The position numbers and the translations under genes are program-made. The notes under the pieces were generated by a model. It had not been told where the DNA came from, did not search any database, and saw only the letters and a program-made list of their open reading frames with translations. Source: Candidatus Limnocylindria bacterium (GTDB taxonomy: Bacteria; Chloroflexota; Limnocylindria; P2-11E). Taken from it: a DNA stretch of 62,468 nucleotides. Location: positions 1-62,468 of the forward strand of contig DATCPK010000068.1 of assembly GCA_036570125.1 (NCBI GenBank). The letters are read 5' to 3'. This document shows positions 45,952-55,177 of this stretch, one piece after another (the first letter of the stretch is position 1; each line of letters starts with the position of its first letter).

Positions 45952-46685
45952 GATTGCTCGAACCCCTCACGCCGGATCCTCGTGCGCCGCTCGCGCACGC
46001 GCACCCGCTCGCGAAGATCGCGGCGGCGTTCGTGCTCATGCTCGCGCTCTTCATCACGATCGACCCGCTGACGCCGACCCTCGTGCTCCTTGCGGAGATC
46101 GCGGCGGTCCCGCTCATCGGGATCCCGGCGCGCGCGCTCCTTCGCCGCGCGCTACCGGCGTTCATCGGCGCGATCGGAATCGGGATCTTCAACGCGCTCT
46201 TAAGCGGTGACATCACCGGTGGCGTCGCGATCGGACTTCGCCTTGTGGGCATCGCGCTCGCCGGCATCGTCGCGGTCGCGAGCATCGACCCGACCGACCT
46301 GTCCGACGCGCTGGTCGAGCATCTTCACGCTCCACGCCGTTTCACGGTCGGCGCGCTCGCCGCGTTCCGCCTCATGCCGCTCTTCGCGGACGAGTGGCAG
46401 ACGATTGCGATGGGTCGCCGCGCCCGCGGTCTCGATAACGGACGCGTGACCGCGTTCTACCCCATGACCCGATCGCTGCTCGTCGCCGCGATACGCCGCG
46501 CGACGCGACTCGCGACCGCGATGGACGGCCGCGGCTTCGCGGATCCAGGGTGCCGGACGCTCGCGCGGCCGCGAGCCATCTTGCCGCGCGATTGGGCACT
46601 CATCGCGGCCGCGATCGGAGTGGCCCTGGGCGCGACGGCGACCAGCGTGGCAATCGGCAGTTGGCGGTTCTTCCTTACGGGCTAG
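45948..46685 (+). CDS. ykoC: ECF transporter transmembrane (T) component, CbiQ/EcfT family
   Basis: Track ORF of 245 aa. It is polytopic and carries the family's conserved Arg-rich loop (AMGRRARGLD...RRATRLATAMDGRGF). Its GTG start overlaps the ATPase stop. Confidence 0.82.
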   Translation: MRLLEPLTPDPRAPLAHAHPLAKIAAAFVLMLALFITIDPLTPTLVLLAEIAAVPLIGIPARALLRRALPAFIGAIGIGIFNALLSGDITGGVAIGLRLVGIALAGIVAVASIDPTDLSDALVEHLHAPRRFTVGALAAFRLMPLFADEWQTIAMGRRARGLDNGRVTAFYPMTRSLLVAAIRRATRLATAMDGRGFADPGCRTLARPRAILPRDWALIAAAIGVALGATATSVAIGSWRFFLTG

Positions 46686-46788
46686 CCGGGGCGTCGCCTG
46701 ACTTTGTGAGTGCTAGCCGAGAAGGTCAGCGGGCGAACCCCTGCTGGTTGCGGGCCCAGCGGTATTCTGCTATTCAACTAGGGTCATA

Positions 46789-47217
46789 GTGGAACTTGAA
46801 GAGCGGAGCATCGCGTTCCATCTCGACGCTCGGTCGGGCATCCCGACGTATCTGCAGCTCGTGCAACAGGTAAAGCACGCGGTCCGCTACGACATGCTTC
46901 GGCCAGGGGATCGCCTCCCAACCGCGCGCGAAGTCGTTGAAGACCTAGCGATCAATCCCAACACGGTGCTGAAGGCGTACCGCGAGCTCGAACGGGATGG
47001 ATTCGTTCACAGCCGCCCGGGCGCCGGCACGTTCGTCGCTAATGGCGCGCCCGCTCCGCTCGCGCGCTCGGTGCACGCACCGCTTCGCAGAACGTTGGAC
47101 CGCTGGCTCGCGCACGCCCACGAGGCGCACCTCGACCGCGAGAGCGTGATCGCGCTGTTCACGCTCGCGCTCCAGGACGCCTACGGATCGGAGGAGACCC
47201 ATGCCCACCGTTCTTGA
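46789..47217 (+). CDS. GntR-family (YtrA-like) transcriptional regulator
   Basis: IPTYLQLVQQVKHAVRYDMLRPGDRLPTAREVVEDLAINPNTVLKAYRELERDGFVHSRPGAGTFV. The C-terminal part is short and an ABC transporter follows. Confidence 0.85.
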   Translation: MELEERSIAFHLDARSGIPTYLQLVQQVKHAVRYDMLRPGDRLPTAREVVEDLAINPNTVLKAYRELERDGFVHSRPGAGTFVANGAPAPLARSVHAPLRRTLDRWLAHAHEAHLDRESVIALFTLALQDAYGSEETHAHRS

Positions 47218-48070
47218 GGCGAAAGCTCTCACCAAACGCTTCGGGAAGGTCGCAGCGCTGCGCGACTGCGACGTGGCGCTCCCAGCTGGGAAGGTCACCG
47301 GTCTTGTCGGGCCGAACGGCGCCGGGAAGACAACTCTCCTCCAGATTGCGGTCGGACTCCGCAGGGCGAGCTCGGGAACGATTCGGGTGCTCGACATGGA
47401 TCCGGCAGACGACACCGTGGCGCTCCTGACGCGGGTGGGATACGTCGGCCAAGATCGGCCGCTCTATCTCGATCTGACGGCCACCGAAACGCTCGAGCTC
47501 GGGCGCCGGCTGAGCGCACGCTGGGATCAGGACTTCGCGCGCTCGCGGCTGGCGCGATTCGAAATCCCGCTCGATAGACCGGTGCGATCGCTCTCGACCG
47601 GCCAGCGGGCGCAGGTGGCGCTGACGCTCGCGCTGGGGAAGCGTCCGGACCTGCTCCTGCTCGACGAACCGGTCGCGAACCTCGATCCCGTCGCGCGACT
47701 CGACCTACTCGAGGAGCTCATGGGCGCCGTCGCCGAAGACGGCCCGGCGGTCGTCCTATCGTCGAACGTCCTGTCCGATGTCGAGCGGGTCTGCGAACAC
47801 GTCGTGATCCTTGCGAACGGACGGGTCCGCATCGCGGGCGACATCGATGAGTTGCAGCGGAGTCATTTCCTGGTGGTCGGTCCCCGTAAAGCCGAGCCCG
47901 CATCGACCGGGCAAGAGGTCGTCGACATCCGCGAGGCAGAGCGCCAGACCGTCCGCCTCGTCCGCGGTCCGGTCACATGGGGCGATGACGACGGAACGAT
48001 CACGCGGCCGGCGACCCTCGAGGAAGTCGTCCTCGGTTACCTGCGATCGAGCCGCGCGGAGGTGAAGTAG
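47201..48070 (+). CDS. ABC transporter ATP-binding protein
   Basis: Walker A is GPNGAGKTT, the signature is LSTGQRAQV and Walker B is LLLLDEP. It overlaps the GntR stop. Confidence 0.9.
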   Translation: MPTVLEAKALTKRFGKVAALRDCDVALPAGKVTGLVGPNGAGKTTLLQIAVGLRRASSGTIRVLDMDPADDTVALLTRVGYVGQDRPLYLDLTATETLELGRRLSARWDQDFARSRLARFEIPLDRPVRSLSTGQRAQVALTLALGKRPDLLLLDEPVANLDPVARLDLLEELMGAVAEDGPAVVLSSNVLSDVERVCEHVVILANGRVRIAGDIDELQRSHFLVVGPRKAEPASTGQEVVDIREAERQTVRLVRGPVTWGDDDGTITRPATLEEVVLGYLRSSRAEVK

Positions 48071-48074
48071 GGAC

Positions 48075-49088
48075 ATGTTGTGGCTCGCCTGGCGTCAACA
48101 TCGCATCATGCTCATCGGGCTCATGGTCGTTGCCAGCGTCCTCGCGATCGCGATCGCTTTGGCGGCGGCGTTCGCCGCTCGCACGCGAATCGAGCTGGGT
48201 GTCGACACCTGTGTGCCGTTGTTCAACACCAACCGAAACTGCGTCGACCTTGCCGACGAGTGGAGCCGTAGGGTCGGGAGCCTGCGCTATCTCGGCTTCG
48301 CGCTGTATCTCGTCCCAGCGCTTGTCGGCTCGTATGTCGGGGGCCCTCTTCTCGCCCGCGAGCTCGAGAGGGGAACGCATCGCCTCGCGTGGACCCAGGG
48401 TATCGGCCGCATCCGGTGGGCAGCGACGATCCTGGAGGTCGTCTTGGCCGTCACGCTCGCGGCCGGTGTCGTCCTCGCATTCGGCGGTGGTCAGAGTTGG
48501 CCGCTCCTAGGCGTCAGCACGTTCCGACCCTTCGACATCTTCGACCTCGAGGGCCCCGCGTTGGTCTCGTACATGATCTTTGGCCTCGCCATCGGGGCTT
48601 TTGTCGGTGCGTGGCGCCGGCGGATCCTCAGTGGAATGTTCTACGGCCTCGTTGTTTTCGCCCTGGTACGCGGGTTGGTCATTACTGAGTTGCGGCCGAA
48701 CTACGAGCCCCCGCGCAGCGAGCTCATCGAGCCGACCCTCCCGCTCGTTGGGCTGCCGCCCGTGTTTCCTCCGCCGTCCGGATCGCACATTCCCGCGGAC
48801 GCGTGGACCGTGGGTACCGCGTCGATCGACGGGCAAGGTCAGCCGGTCACGATCGATCGGGTTCGCGCGATGCTTGACGCCTTCAGCCGCGCGGGCTGCC
48901 CTGCACTGGCCGGGCGCAACTGTGACAGCACGCGGTACCTGAACGAGAACGGTGTCTATCAGTACAGGCTTTACCAGCCCGCCGATCGTTTCTGGCGGTT
49001 CCAGCTGTACGAGGCCGGCCTCTACCTGTTGCTCACGGCCGCGCTCGTAGCGGGGACACTCGTCATGCTGCGTCGCAGGGACGCCTAG
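48075..49088 (+). CDS. ABC-2-type transporter permease
   Basis: Track ORF of 337 aa with multiple hydrophobic helices. It lies immediately after the ATPase. Confidence 0.7.
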   Translation: MLWLAWRQHRIMLIGLMVVASVLAIAIALAAAFAARTRIELGVDTCVPLFNTNRNCVDLADEWSRRVGSLRYLGFALYLVPALVGSYVGGPLLARELERGTHRLAWTQGIGRIRWAATILEVVLAVTLAAGVVLAFGGGQSWPLLGVSTFRPFDIFDLEGPALVSYMIFGLAIGAFVGAWRRRILSGMFYGLVVFALVRGLVITELRPNYEPPRSELIEPTLPLVGLPPVFPPPSGSHIPADAWTVGTASIDGQGQPVTIDRVRAMLDAFSRAGCPALAGRNCDSTRYLNENGVYQYRLYQPADRFWRFQLYEAGLYLLLTAALVAGTLVMLRRRDA

Positions 49089-49099
49089 CGGAGTAGTAA

Positions 49100-49837
49100 T
49101 CGAATTGCCGCCGAATCGCGCGGTTAGGTCATCAGAGTTCGCAATACAAACAGGCCCCACTCGCGTTGGCTTTCCTGAGCGCGCCACCACGCCTCGATCG
49201 GGCTTATTCATCTCCGGATGCGCCCTGAGCCACCTCTTTTCGGCGGACGTGATCGCCGCCGCCAGCTCGTGGGGATCTTCCACGAGGGTAAGAAGAAAGG
49301 CGACGTCGAGACGCTGACTGTCCTTCGCATCGTCCACCGCGATTGCGCGCGTCTTCACCAGGATCGCGCCAAGAAGATTGGGTCGTGGCAACGCGCCACG
49401 CCGGCCGCCGACCTCGACCTCTACGACTTCGCTCCGCTGAAGTGCTTGACTCCCTCCGGGTACCTCAACTGTGTGGAGGGGTGGCACGGTCACGCGCCGC
49501 TCCATCGAGTTGAGTCCATCGGGCGCCAGGACATCAATATCGACGTCGCCTCTCCTGAAACGATGCCCGTGCCCGAAGCCAGAAACATCGATCACCTCGT
49601 ACCCGAGTTCGATTAGGAGCTTGGAGAAGCGCTCGGTACCGTGAGGAATGAGCCGCACGTTCACGAGCGCGTCGCGTCCAAGCTAAAGCGCGGCGGCGTG
49701 CGGCCATGCTCGAGGGCGTAGAGCGTCACCATCCGCGCGCCGATGAGGGTCCAACCGTCCGGGTAGCGTGTGCGCAGTTCGAGCAGCGACTCCCAGACTC
49801 GTTCGTCCTGCGCGTCGGCCGGAATGATGCGAATCAT
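49100..49837 (-). pseudogene. Nucleotidyltransferase toxin-like gene (AbiEii-like), disrupted by a frameshift in the catalytic DxD motif and lacking a proper stop
   Basis: ATG 49837 overlaps the upstream gene's stop (ATGA). The frame reads MIRIIPADAQDERVWESLLELRTRYPDGWTLIGARMVTLYALEHGRTPPRFSLDATRS and stops at 49663-49661. The continuation ALVNVRLIPHG...GDVDIDVLAPDG...RAIAVDDAKDSQRLDVAFLL is in the -1 frame (track ORF starting at 49664). Adding one base near 49670 would give RFSLDADALVNV (G-x-n-D-x-D). The second frame then stays open antisense through the permease gene to 48507. Confidence 0.55.
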
Positions 49838-50517
49838 CGTCGACGGCGTGCGAGCTCGCGGCCAGCTCGCTGAGCGCGCGCGTCCCCCGACTCGAGAAGA
49901 TCGAGCGCCACCGCAGCCACGGGCGCAACGCCGTCGGCCGTGCGCGGCACCGACCCATCGACGATATGGAGGACGAGGTTGGCGTCCGCCACTCCGGCTG
50001 GGCGCAGTGCGTATCGATAGACGAGCGCGTCGAGGTGATCGCGAGGCACATACGCCTCGACCACGCCTGGTGCCCGGAGGTCGACGCCGTACGCGGCAGC
50101 GGCGCTCACCCCGGAACGCACGAGGGCTGGATCGGAGCGGAGCTGGTCGAGCACCCGCGGGTCCGCACGGAAGAGCCGCAGATCGGCTCTACCGCGCAGC
50201 TCGGTCGCGAGCGAGAGGAGCGATCCTTCTGCCATTTTTTGCTTCAGCCGGGATCGATCCCAAGCCGGCAGTGGAGGCCAATCTGCACCCGAGAGCTTGG
50301 AAACCAGCGCCCATGCGTTCCTCCGGCTCATGGGTCGGCCGGACCGCCCGCGTCGGCTGATGCGCTGCTCGAGATCGTCCCTCCGGATCAGCCAACGACC
50401 GCCGCTACGGCGACCCACCAGCACGCCGTCTCGGACCATGGCGCGGACACGGCGGTCGCTAACACCAAGGGCGCGCGAGGCCTCGCCGACCGAGTATTCC
50501 TCGTGGATAAAGTTCAT
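49834..50517 (-). CDS. Helix-turn-helix (excisionase/MerR-like HTH) protein, putative antitoxin/regulator of the adjacent NTase gene
   Basis: MNFIHEEYSVGEASRALGVSDRRVRAMVRDGVLVGRRSGGRWLIRRDDLEQRI.... ATG 50517 sits at a leaderless distance from a consensus-like promoter. The track uses TTG 50526. Confidence 0.65.
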   Translation of the reverse strand: MNFIHEEYSVGEASRALGVSDRRVRAMVRDGVLVGRRSGGRWLIRRDDLEQRISRRGRSGRPMSRRNAWALVSKLSGADWPPLPAWDRSRLKQKMAEGSLLSLATELRGRADLRLFRADPRVLDQLRSDPALVRSGVSAAAAYGVDLRAPGVVEAYVPRDHLDALVYRYALRPAGVADANLVLHIVDGSVPRTADGVAPVAAVALDLLESGDARAQRAGRELARRRR

Positions 50518-50525
50518 GCTGCACA

Positions 50526-50554
50526 ACTATACCGATATCGGAATAATTGTGCAA
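50526..50554 (-). promoter_or_regulatory. Sigma-70-like promoter with embedded palindromes (candidate autoregulatory operator), probably giving a leaderless mRNA
   Basis: The minus strand reads TTGCAC (50554-50549), a 17-nt spacer and TATAGT (50531-50526), with ATG 8 nt downstream. The inverted repeat TTGCACAA...TTGTGCA flanks the palindrome CCGATATCGG (50532-50541). The stretch is locally AT-rich in a 70% GC background. Confidence 0.5.
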
Positions 50555-50565
50555 GCGGCCCCCCC

Positions 50566-51234
50566 CTACCCGAGCCGGTAACCCACCCCGCGCACGTTCG
50601 CCAACGTCGGCGCGCCAGCGGCGTCGAGCTTCGAGCGAAGCCGTGCGAGATGCGCCTTGAGCCATTCCGGATCCGGGTCGCGCTCCTCAGGCCACCCTGC
50701 GCGAAGCAGCGCGCGTCGCTCGAGAACCTCGCCGGGGCGCGCGACGAGAGCGGCGAGAAGTCGGAACTCCGTCGGCGTCAGATCAAGCGCATCGCCGTCC
50801 ACGCTCGCGACGTGCGTCTTCGGATCGACGCGCAGCCGACCGATAGACGTCGCGGCGCGCGCGGCGTTCGCCGGCGCGGCGCGGCGAAGCAAGGCGCGCA
50901 CGCGCGAGCGAAGCTCCTTCGAGCTGAACGGCTTCTCGAGATAGTCGTCGGCGCCGAGATCGAGGAGTTTCGCGCGCTCGTCGGCCCCACGCTCGCCGGT
51001 GAGCATGAGGATCGGCGTGGTCGAGATCGCGCGGATCCGCTTGCAGACCTCGTCGCCGGAAAGTCGCGGGAGCTTGCGATCGAGGATCACGAGGTCCGGC
51101 GATTCCTCCGCGTGCCGGCGCAGGGCGGTCTCGCCGTCGTAGGCGGTGACCACCTCGTACCCATCCTCGCCGAGCAGCGACGCGACCATGCCGACGAGTG
51201 CGCGCTCGTCGTCGACAACGAGGACGCTGCTCAA
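50566..51234 (-). CDS. OmpR/PhoB-family response regulator
   Basis: The receiver domain shows VLVVDDE...DLVILDRKLP...ILMLTG...DDYLEKPF. The winged-helix output shows LTPTEFRLLAALV...VRGVGYRL. Confidence 0.93.
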   Translation of the reverse strand: MSSVLVVDDERALVGMVASLLGEDGYEVVTAYDGETALRRHAEESPDLVILDRKLPRLSGDEVCKRIRAISTTPILMLTGERGADERAKLLDLGADDYLEKPFSSKELRSRVRALLRRAAPANAARAATSIGRLRVDPKTHVASVDGDALDLTPTEFRLLAALVARPGEVLERRALLRAGWPEERDPDPEWLKAHLARLRSKLDAAGAPTLANVRGVGYRLG

Positions 51235-52886
51235 CGTGACGCCGCTTCTGCGGCCGCGCGCGCGAGCGGCACGCTGAACGCGAACACCGCGCCGCCCTCC
51301 GGCGCGTCCTCGACCCAGAGATCACCACCTTGACCCTCGACCACACGCCGCGACGCGAAGAGTCCGATGCCTGAACCCGGGACCTCGTCGTTGCCGGCGC
51401 CGCGCGCGTACGGCTCGAAGATCCGCGATCGCTCGTTCGGTGGAACGCCGCGGCCCTCGTCTTGAACGCGCACGATCGCGCGGTCGCCGGCGCGCTCGAT
51501 CTTCACCACGATGCGCGTCCCCTGCGGCGCGTACTTCGTCGCGTTGTGCACGAGACCCGCGACGACCTCCGCGGTGCGCCGCCGATCCCCGCGCACGAAC
51601 ACCGCCTGCCCCGCGCGCGGACCGCTGAGCTTGTGGCGGCGCGCCATCGGAGCGACCTCTTTCAGCGCGGCGGTGACCGTCGCGCGCAGATCGAACCGCG
51701 CGCGCTTGAGTGAAAGCTCCGGTCGATCGGTACGCACGCCCGCGAGGATCCGGTCAACGAGCTCGTCGAGGCGGAGCACCTGCGCGGTCGCTTCCGATAT
51801 CGGCAGCTTCGACTTGCCATTTTTCTCGGCGAGCATCTCGAGGTGGCCGCGGATCACCGAGAGCGGCGTGCGCAGGTCGTGCGTGACCACGGCGACGAAG
51901 TCGGAGCGCGCGCGCTCGAGCTCGCGCAGGCTCTCGGTGGTCTTGCGCTCGAGCGCGTAGAGAGACGCCTTGTCGATTGCGAGCGCGGCCTGGTTCGCGA
52001 GCGCGCCGACGAACCGCACCTCCTCCTCGAGGAACTCCTTGTAGTCAGGGACCTGGAGCACCACCGCGCCGAGAAGACGGTCGTTCGCGATCAGCGGCAC
52101 CGCGATGTGGTCGAACGCGACGATCGGTCGGCGCTCGTCGAGGGCCTGCTGGGCCGCGGCGCCCGCGGTCTTGCCGAGCTCGCCGGTGCGTGCCCGTTCG
52201 CGAACAGCCTCGCCTTCCTCGCGCAGCAGGATCGCGCCGGACGCACCCGGATAGACGCGGACGAGGCGGTCGACGATCAGCGACAGCACCTCGTCCAGAT
52301 CTAACGTCGATGTGAGGACGTTCGAGACCTCGAAGAGCGCGGACACCTCGCGCAGCTTTCGGTCCGACTCGCGCTGCAGCCGGCCCTTCTCGATGATGCC
52401 CGCGACCTGGTTCGCGATCGTCTGAAGAAAATCGATCTCCTCGCGGCCGAAATCCCGCGGCTGCACCGTCTGCACGTTCATCACGCCGATGACCTCGTCG
52501 CGCGCGACCACCGGGACCGAGAGCATCGAGGTGAACCGCTTCTCGTCGACCTCCGGCACCCACTTCCAGCGCGGGTCGGTGCGCACGTCGCGAGCCGCGA
52601 GCGGGACGCGCGCGTTCGCGACCCAGCCGACGATCCCCTCGCCCACCCGAAGTGTCGCGCGCCCGATGCCGCCGCGATTGAGTCCGTTCGTCGCCACCAG
52701 ACGCAGCACGCCATCGGATCGTTCGAGGAGATACAGAGATGACACTTCGGCGCCCATCGCGTCTGTGGTTCGGCCGATAACGACGCGAAGCATCTCGTCC
52801 CAGTCGCGCGCGGACGACGCAAGGCGCGCGACTTCATGAAGAAAAGACAGCTCACCGAGCTTTCGCTCCGCGTCAGATGCGCTCAT
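51231..52886 (-). CDS. Cytoplasmic sensor histidine kinase with two GAF domains
   Basis: There is no TM segment. Two GAF-like regions are followed by an H-box (FVAVVTHDLRTPL), an N-box (HNATKY) and G-boxes (DEGRGV, GSGIGL). It overlaps the regulator gene by 4 nt. Confidence 0.9.
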   Translation of the reverse strand: MSASDAERKLGELSFLHEVARLASSARDWDEMLRVVIGRTTDAMGAEVSSLYLLERSDGVLRLVATNGLNRGGIGRATLRVGEGIVGWVANARVPLAARDVRTDPRWKWVPEVDEKRFTSMLSVPVVARDEVIGVMNVQTVQPRDFGREEIDFLQTIANQVAGIIEKGRLQRESDRKLREVSALFEVSNVLTSTLDLDEVLSLIVDRLVRVYPGASGAILLREEGEAVRERARTGELGKTAGAAAQQALDERRPIVAFDHIAVPLIANDRLLGAVVLQVPDYKEFLEEEVRFVGALANQAALAIDKASLYALERKTTESLRELERARSDFVAVVTHDLRTPLSVIRGHLEMLAEKNGKSKLPISEATAQVLRLDELVDRILAGVRTDRPELSLKRARFDLRATVTAALKEVAPMARRHKLSGPRAGQAVFVRGDRRRTAEVVAGLVHNATKYAPQGTRIVVKIERAGDRAIVRVQDEGRGVPPNERSRIFEPYARGAGNDEVPGSGIGLFASRRVVEGQGGDLWVEDAPEGGAVFAFSVPLARAAAEAASR

Positions 52887-52917
52887 CGGTGAATTCTAGA
52901 AATAGACTCCGAATCCG

Positions 52918-53847
52918 ATGAAGACCGTCATCCGCACAGAGAAATTGACCAAGCGATTCGGGGCACTCACGGCGGTGGACGGCATCGATCTCGACGTGCG
53001 CGAGGGCGAGGTCTTCGGCTTTCTCGGACCCAACGGCGCGGGCAAAACGACGACCCTGCGCCTCCTCTGCGCGCTCATCGCGCCCACGTCTGGGACCGCG
53101 GAGATCGCCGGCTTTCGCCTCGGTCGCGAGGACGCGAAGATCCGCGCGGCGGTTGGGATCCTCACCGAGCAACCGGGCCTGTACGAGCGCCAGTCGGCCT
53201 GGGACAACCTCGTCTTTTACGCGACGCTGTACGGCCTTCCGCCGTCCGTGGCGAAGTCGCAGGCGGAGCGTTACCTGCGGCTCATGGGCCTCTGGGAGCG
53301 GCGGACCGACGCGGTCGTGACGTTCTCGCGCGGCATGAAGCAGAAGATGGCCATCGCGCGCTCCGCGTTGCACGAGCCGCGCGTCCTCTTTCTCGACGAA
53401 CCGACCACCGGTCTCGACCCCGACGCCGCGAAGACGGTGCGCGAGTTCATCGTCAAGCTCCGCGGCGAGGGCCGCACGGTGTTCCTCTGCACGCACAACC
53501 TCGACGAAGCGGATCGTCTCTGCGACCGCATCGCCTTCTTCCGCCACCGCGTGCTGCGCATCGCGAACCCGGACGAGCTCCGCGCCGAGCTCTACGGCCG
53601 CGCCACCGAGTTCCGCCTCATGCCGAAGCCGCGCGCGGAGGATCTCGCGCGCGTGCAGGCTGTGCCCGGCGTCCACGAAGCGCATCTCGAGAATGGATCG
53701 ATCGTCGTCGCGTCGACGGACCCTCTTCTCACGAACCCGCTGCTGGTGAGGGCTCTCGTCGACGGTGGCGCGGAGATCGCGTTCGTCACCGAGCGCAAGG
53801 CCCATCTCGAGGACATCTACCTACAGATCGTGGAGCCGCTCGAGTGA
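52918..53847 (+). CDS. ABC transporter ATP-binding protein (ABC-2 exporter type)
   Basis: It shows GPNGAGKTT, the signature FSRGMKQK and LFLDEPTTGLD. Confidence 0.9.
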   Translation: MKTVIRTEKLTKRFGALTAVDGIDLDVREGEVFGFLGPNGAGKTTTLRLLCALIAPTSGTAEIAGFRLGREDAKIRAAVGILTEQPGLYERQSAWDNLVFYATLYGLPPSVAKSQAERYLRLMGLWERRTDAVVTFSRGMKQKMAIARSALHEPRVLFLDEPTTGLDPDAAKTVREFIVKLRGEGRTVFLCTHNLDEADRLCDRIAFFRHRVLRIANPDELRAELYGRATEFRLMPKPRAEDLARVQAVPGVHEAHLENGSIVVASTDPLLTNPLLVRALVDGGAEIAFVTERKAHLEDIYLQIVEPLE

Positions 53848-54656
53848 CGGTCTTCGCGATGACCCCGACGCGTCCCACGCTCCTGCGCGCGGTCTGCGTG
53901 CGCGAGTGGCGCGAGGCGCTCGGGAACAAGCTGCTCGTCGGCATGACGCTCCTGCCGCCGGTCGTGATCCTCGTCGCGGGGATCGCCGCCGTTGCGGCCG
54001 CCGCGGTCAACCCGCCGAGCGACAAGGATGTCCAGGCCCTCTACGCATCGGCACCCGCTGTCGCCGGTCTCGATCCGAAGGATGCGGTGCAGGGATTCAT
54101 CGCGACGTACTTCCTCATCCTCTTCATGCTCATTCCAACGGTCGTGCCGCTCACGATGGCGATCTACTCGGTCATCGGCGAGAAGGCATCGCGCACGCTC
54201 GAGCCGCTGCTCGCGACGCCGGTTGGCGTCGGCGATCTCCTCTTCGCGAAGAGCCTCGCCTCGACGATCCCGAGCGTGATCGTCACGTGGGCGGCGTACG
54301 GCGTCTATCTCGCGACGGTGATCGCGATCGGCTCGAGCGCGGCCGTTCACGCGGTGACCGCGCCGCGATGGATCCTCGCGATCATCGTGTTAGTCCCACT
54401 GCTCACGCTCCTGTCGGTGAACCTCGGCATCCTCATCTCGACGCGCGTGAATGACGTGCGCGTCGCGCAGCAGATCGGCGGTCTGGTGGTCGTCCCGGTG
54501 GTGGGCCTCGGGATCGCGCAGGTGACCGGACGCGTCATCCTCGACAACGGCGCATTTCTGCAAATGACGATCGTCCTCATCGTGCTCGACCTCGCCGTTT
54601 TCTGGCTCGCGCGGCTCGCGTTCCAGCGGGAGAACATCCTCGTCCGCTGGCGCTGA
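53844..54656 (+). CDS. ABC-2-type transporter permease
   Basis: Track ORF of 270 aa with six hydrophobic segments. Its GTG start overlaps the ATPase stop. Confidence 0.75.
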   Translation: MTVFAMTPTRPTLLRAVCVREWREALGNKLLVGMTLLPPVVILVAGIAAVAAAAVNPPSDKDVQALYASAPAVAGLDPKDAVQGFIATYFLILFMLIPTVVPLTMAIYSVIGEKASRTLEPLLATPVGVGDLLFAKSLASTIPSVIVTWAAYGVYLATVIAIGSSAAVHAVTAPRWILAIIVLVPLLTLLSVNLGILISTRVNDVRVAQQIGGLVVVPVVGLGIAQVTGRVILDNGAFLQMTIVLIVLDLAVFWLARLAFQRENILVRWR

Positions 54657-54666
54657 CCTCCCGCGG

Positions 54667-55155
54667 CTAGAGAAGTTGCGCGAACCCAGGCCGTAGCGAC
54701 TCGGCGATCCGGAACAGGTCGTCGTGGCTCAGATGGCCCTCGATCGAGATCGAGAGGCGACCGATCGTTGTCCTAAGGGCGTTGACCCGGCCGCTAAGCG
54801 CGGTGGCCTCTTCCCACTTGGTACGCGTGTGAATCGCGGCGAGGAGCTCGTCGTAGCTCGGCTCTCCGCCGAGCAGGATCGAATAGGGCGCGACGTCCTC
54901 GGAGATGTGGACGGCTCCGCCACCGGCCAATGGCCAGTCCTGTTCAAGGTGGTACGGGCCGGCGCGTATCGTCATGTTCCCTGCCGGACCCAGCTCGTCC
55001 GCCGTTCCACCAAGGAGAAACTCGGTGTGCGGGGAGATTCGTCCCTCAATCGCGTAGCCCAGCGGTGCGTCCATCACGCCGATCCACAGCCAGGTCTGTA
55101 CGAGGACGGCGACGCCGATCGCGATCACGGCGAGCGTGCGGGGACGCGGGTTCAC
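54667..55155 (-). CDS. Hypothetical membrane-anchored protein
   Basis: Track ORF of 162 aa with an N-terminal TM segment (TLAVIAIGVAVLVQTWLWIGV). It lies 23 nt downstream of the beta-lactamase-fold gene on the same strand. Confidence 0.5.
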   Translation of the reverse strand: MNPRPRTLAVIAIGVAVLVQTWLWIGVMDAPLGYAIEGRISPHTEFLLGGTADELGPAGNMTIRAGPYHLEQDWPLAGGGAVHISEDVAPYSILLGGEPSYDELLAAIHTRTKWEEATALSGRVNALRTTIGRLSISIEGHLSHDDLFRIAESLRPGFAQLL

Positions 55156-55177
55156 TACCGGAACACTAGGGCCCGAA

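Noticed and set aside
48507-49099. The distal ~195 codons of the track ORF 48507..49664 (385 aa)
   Set aside because: This part runs antisense through the ABC-2 permease gene and shows no domain-like sequence. I interpret it as chance read-through of a decayed NTase gene, not as coding sequence.
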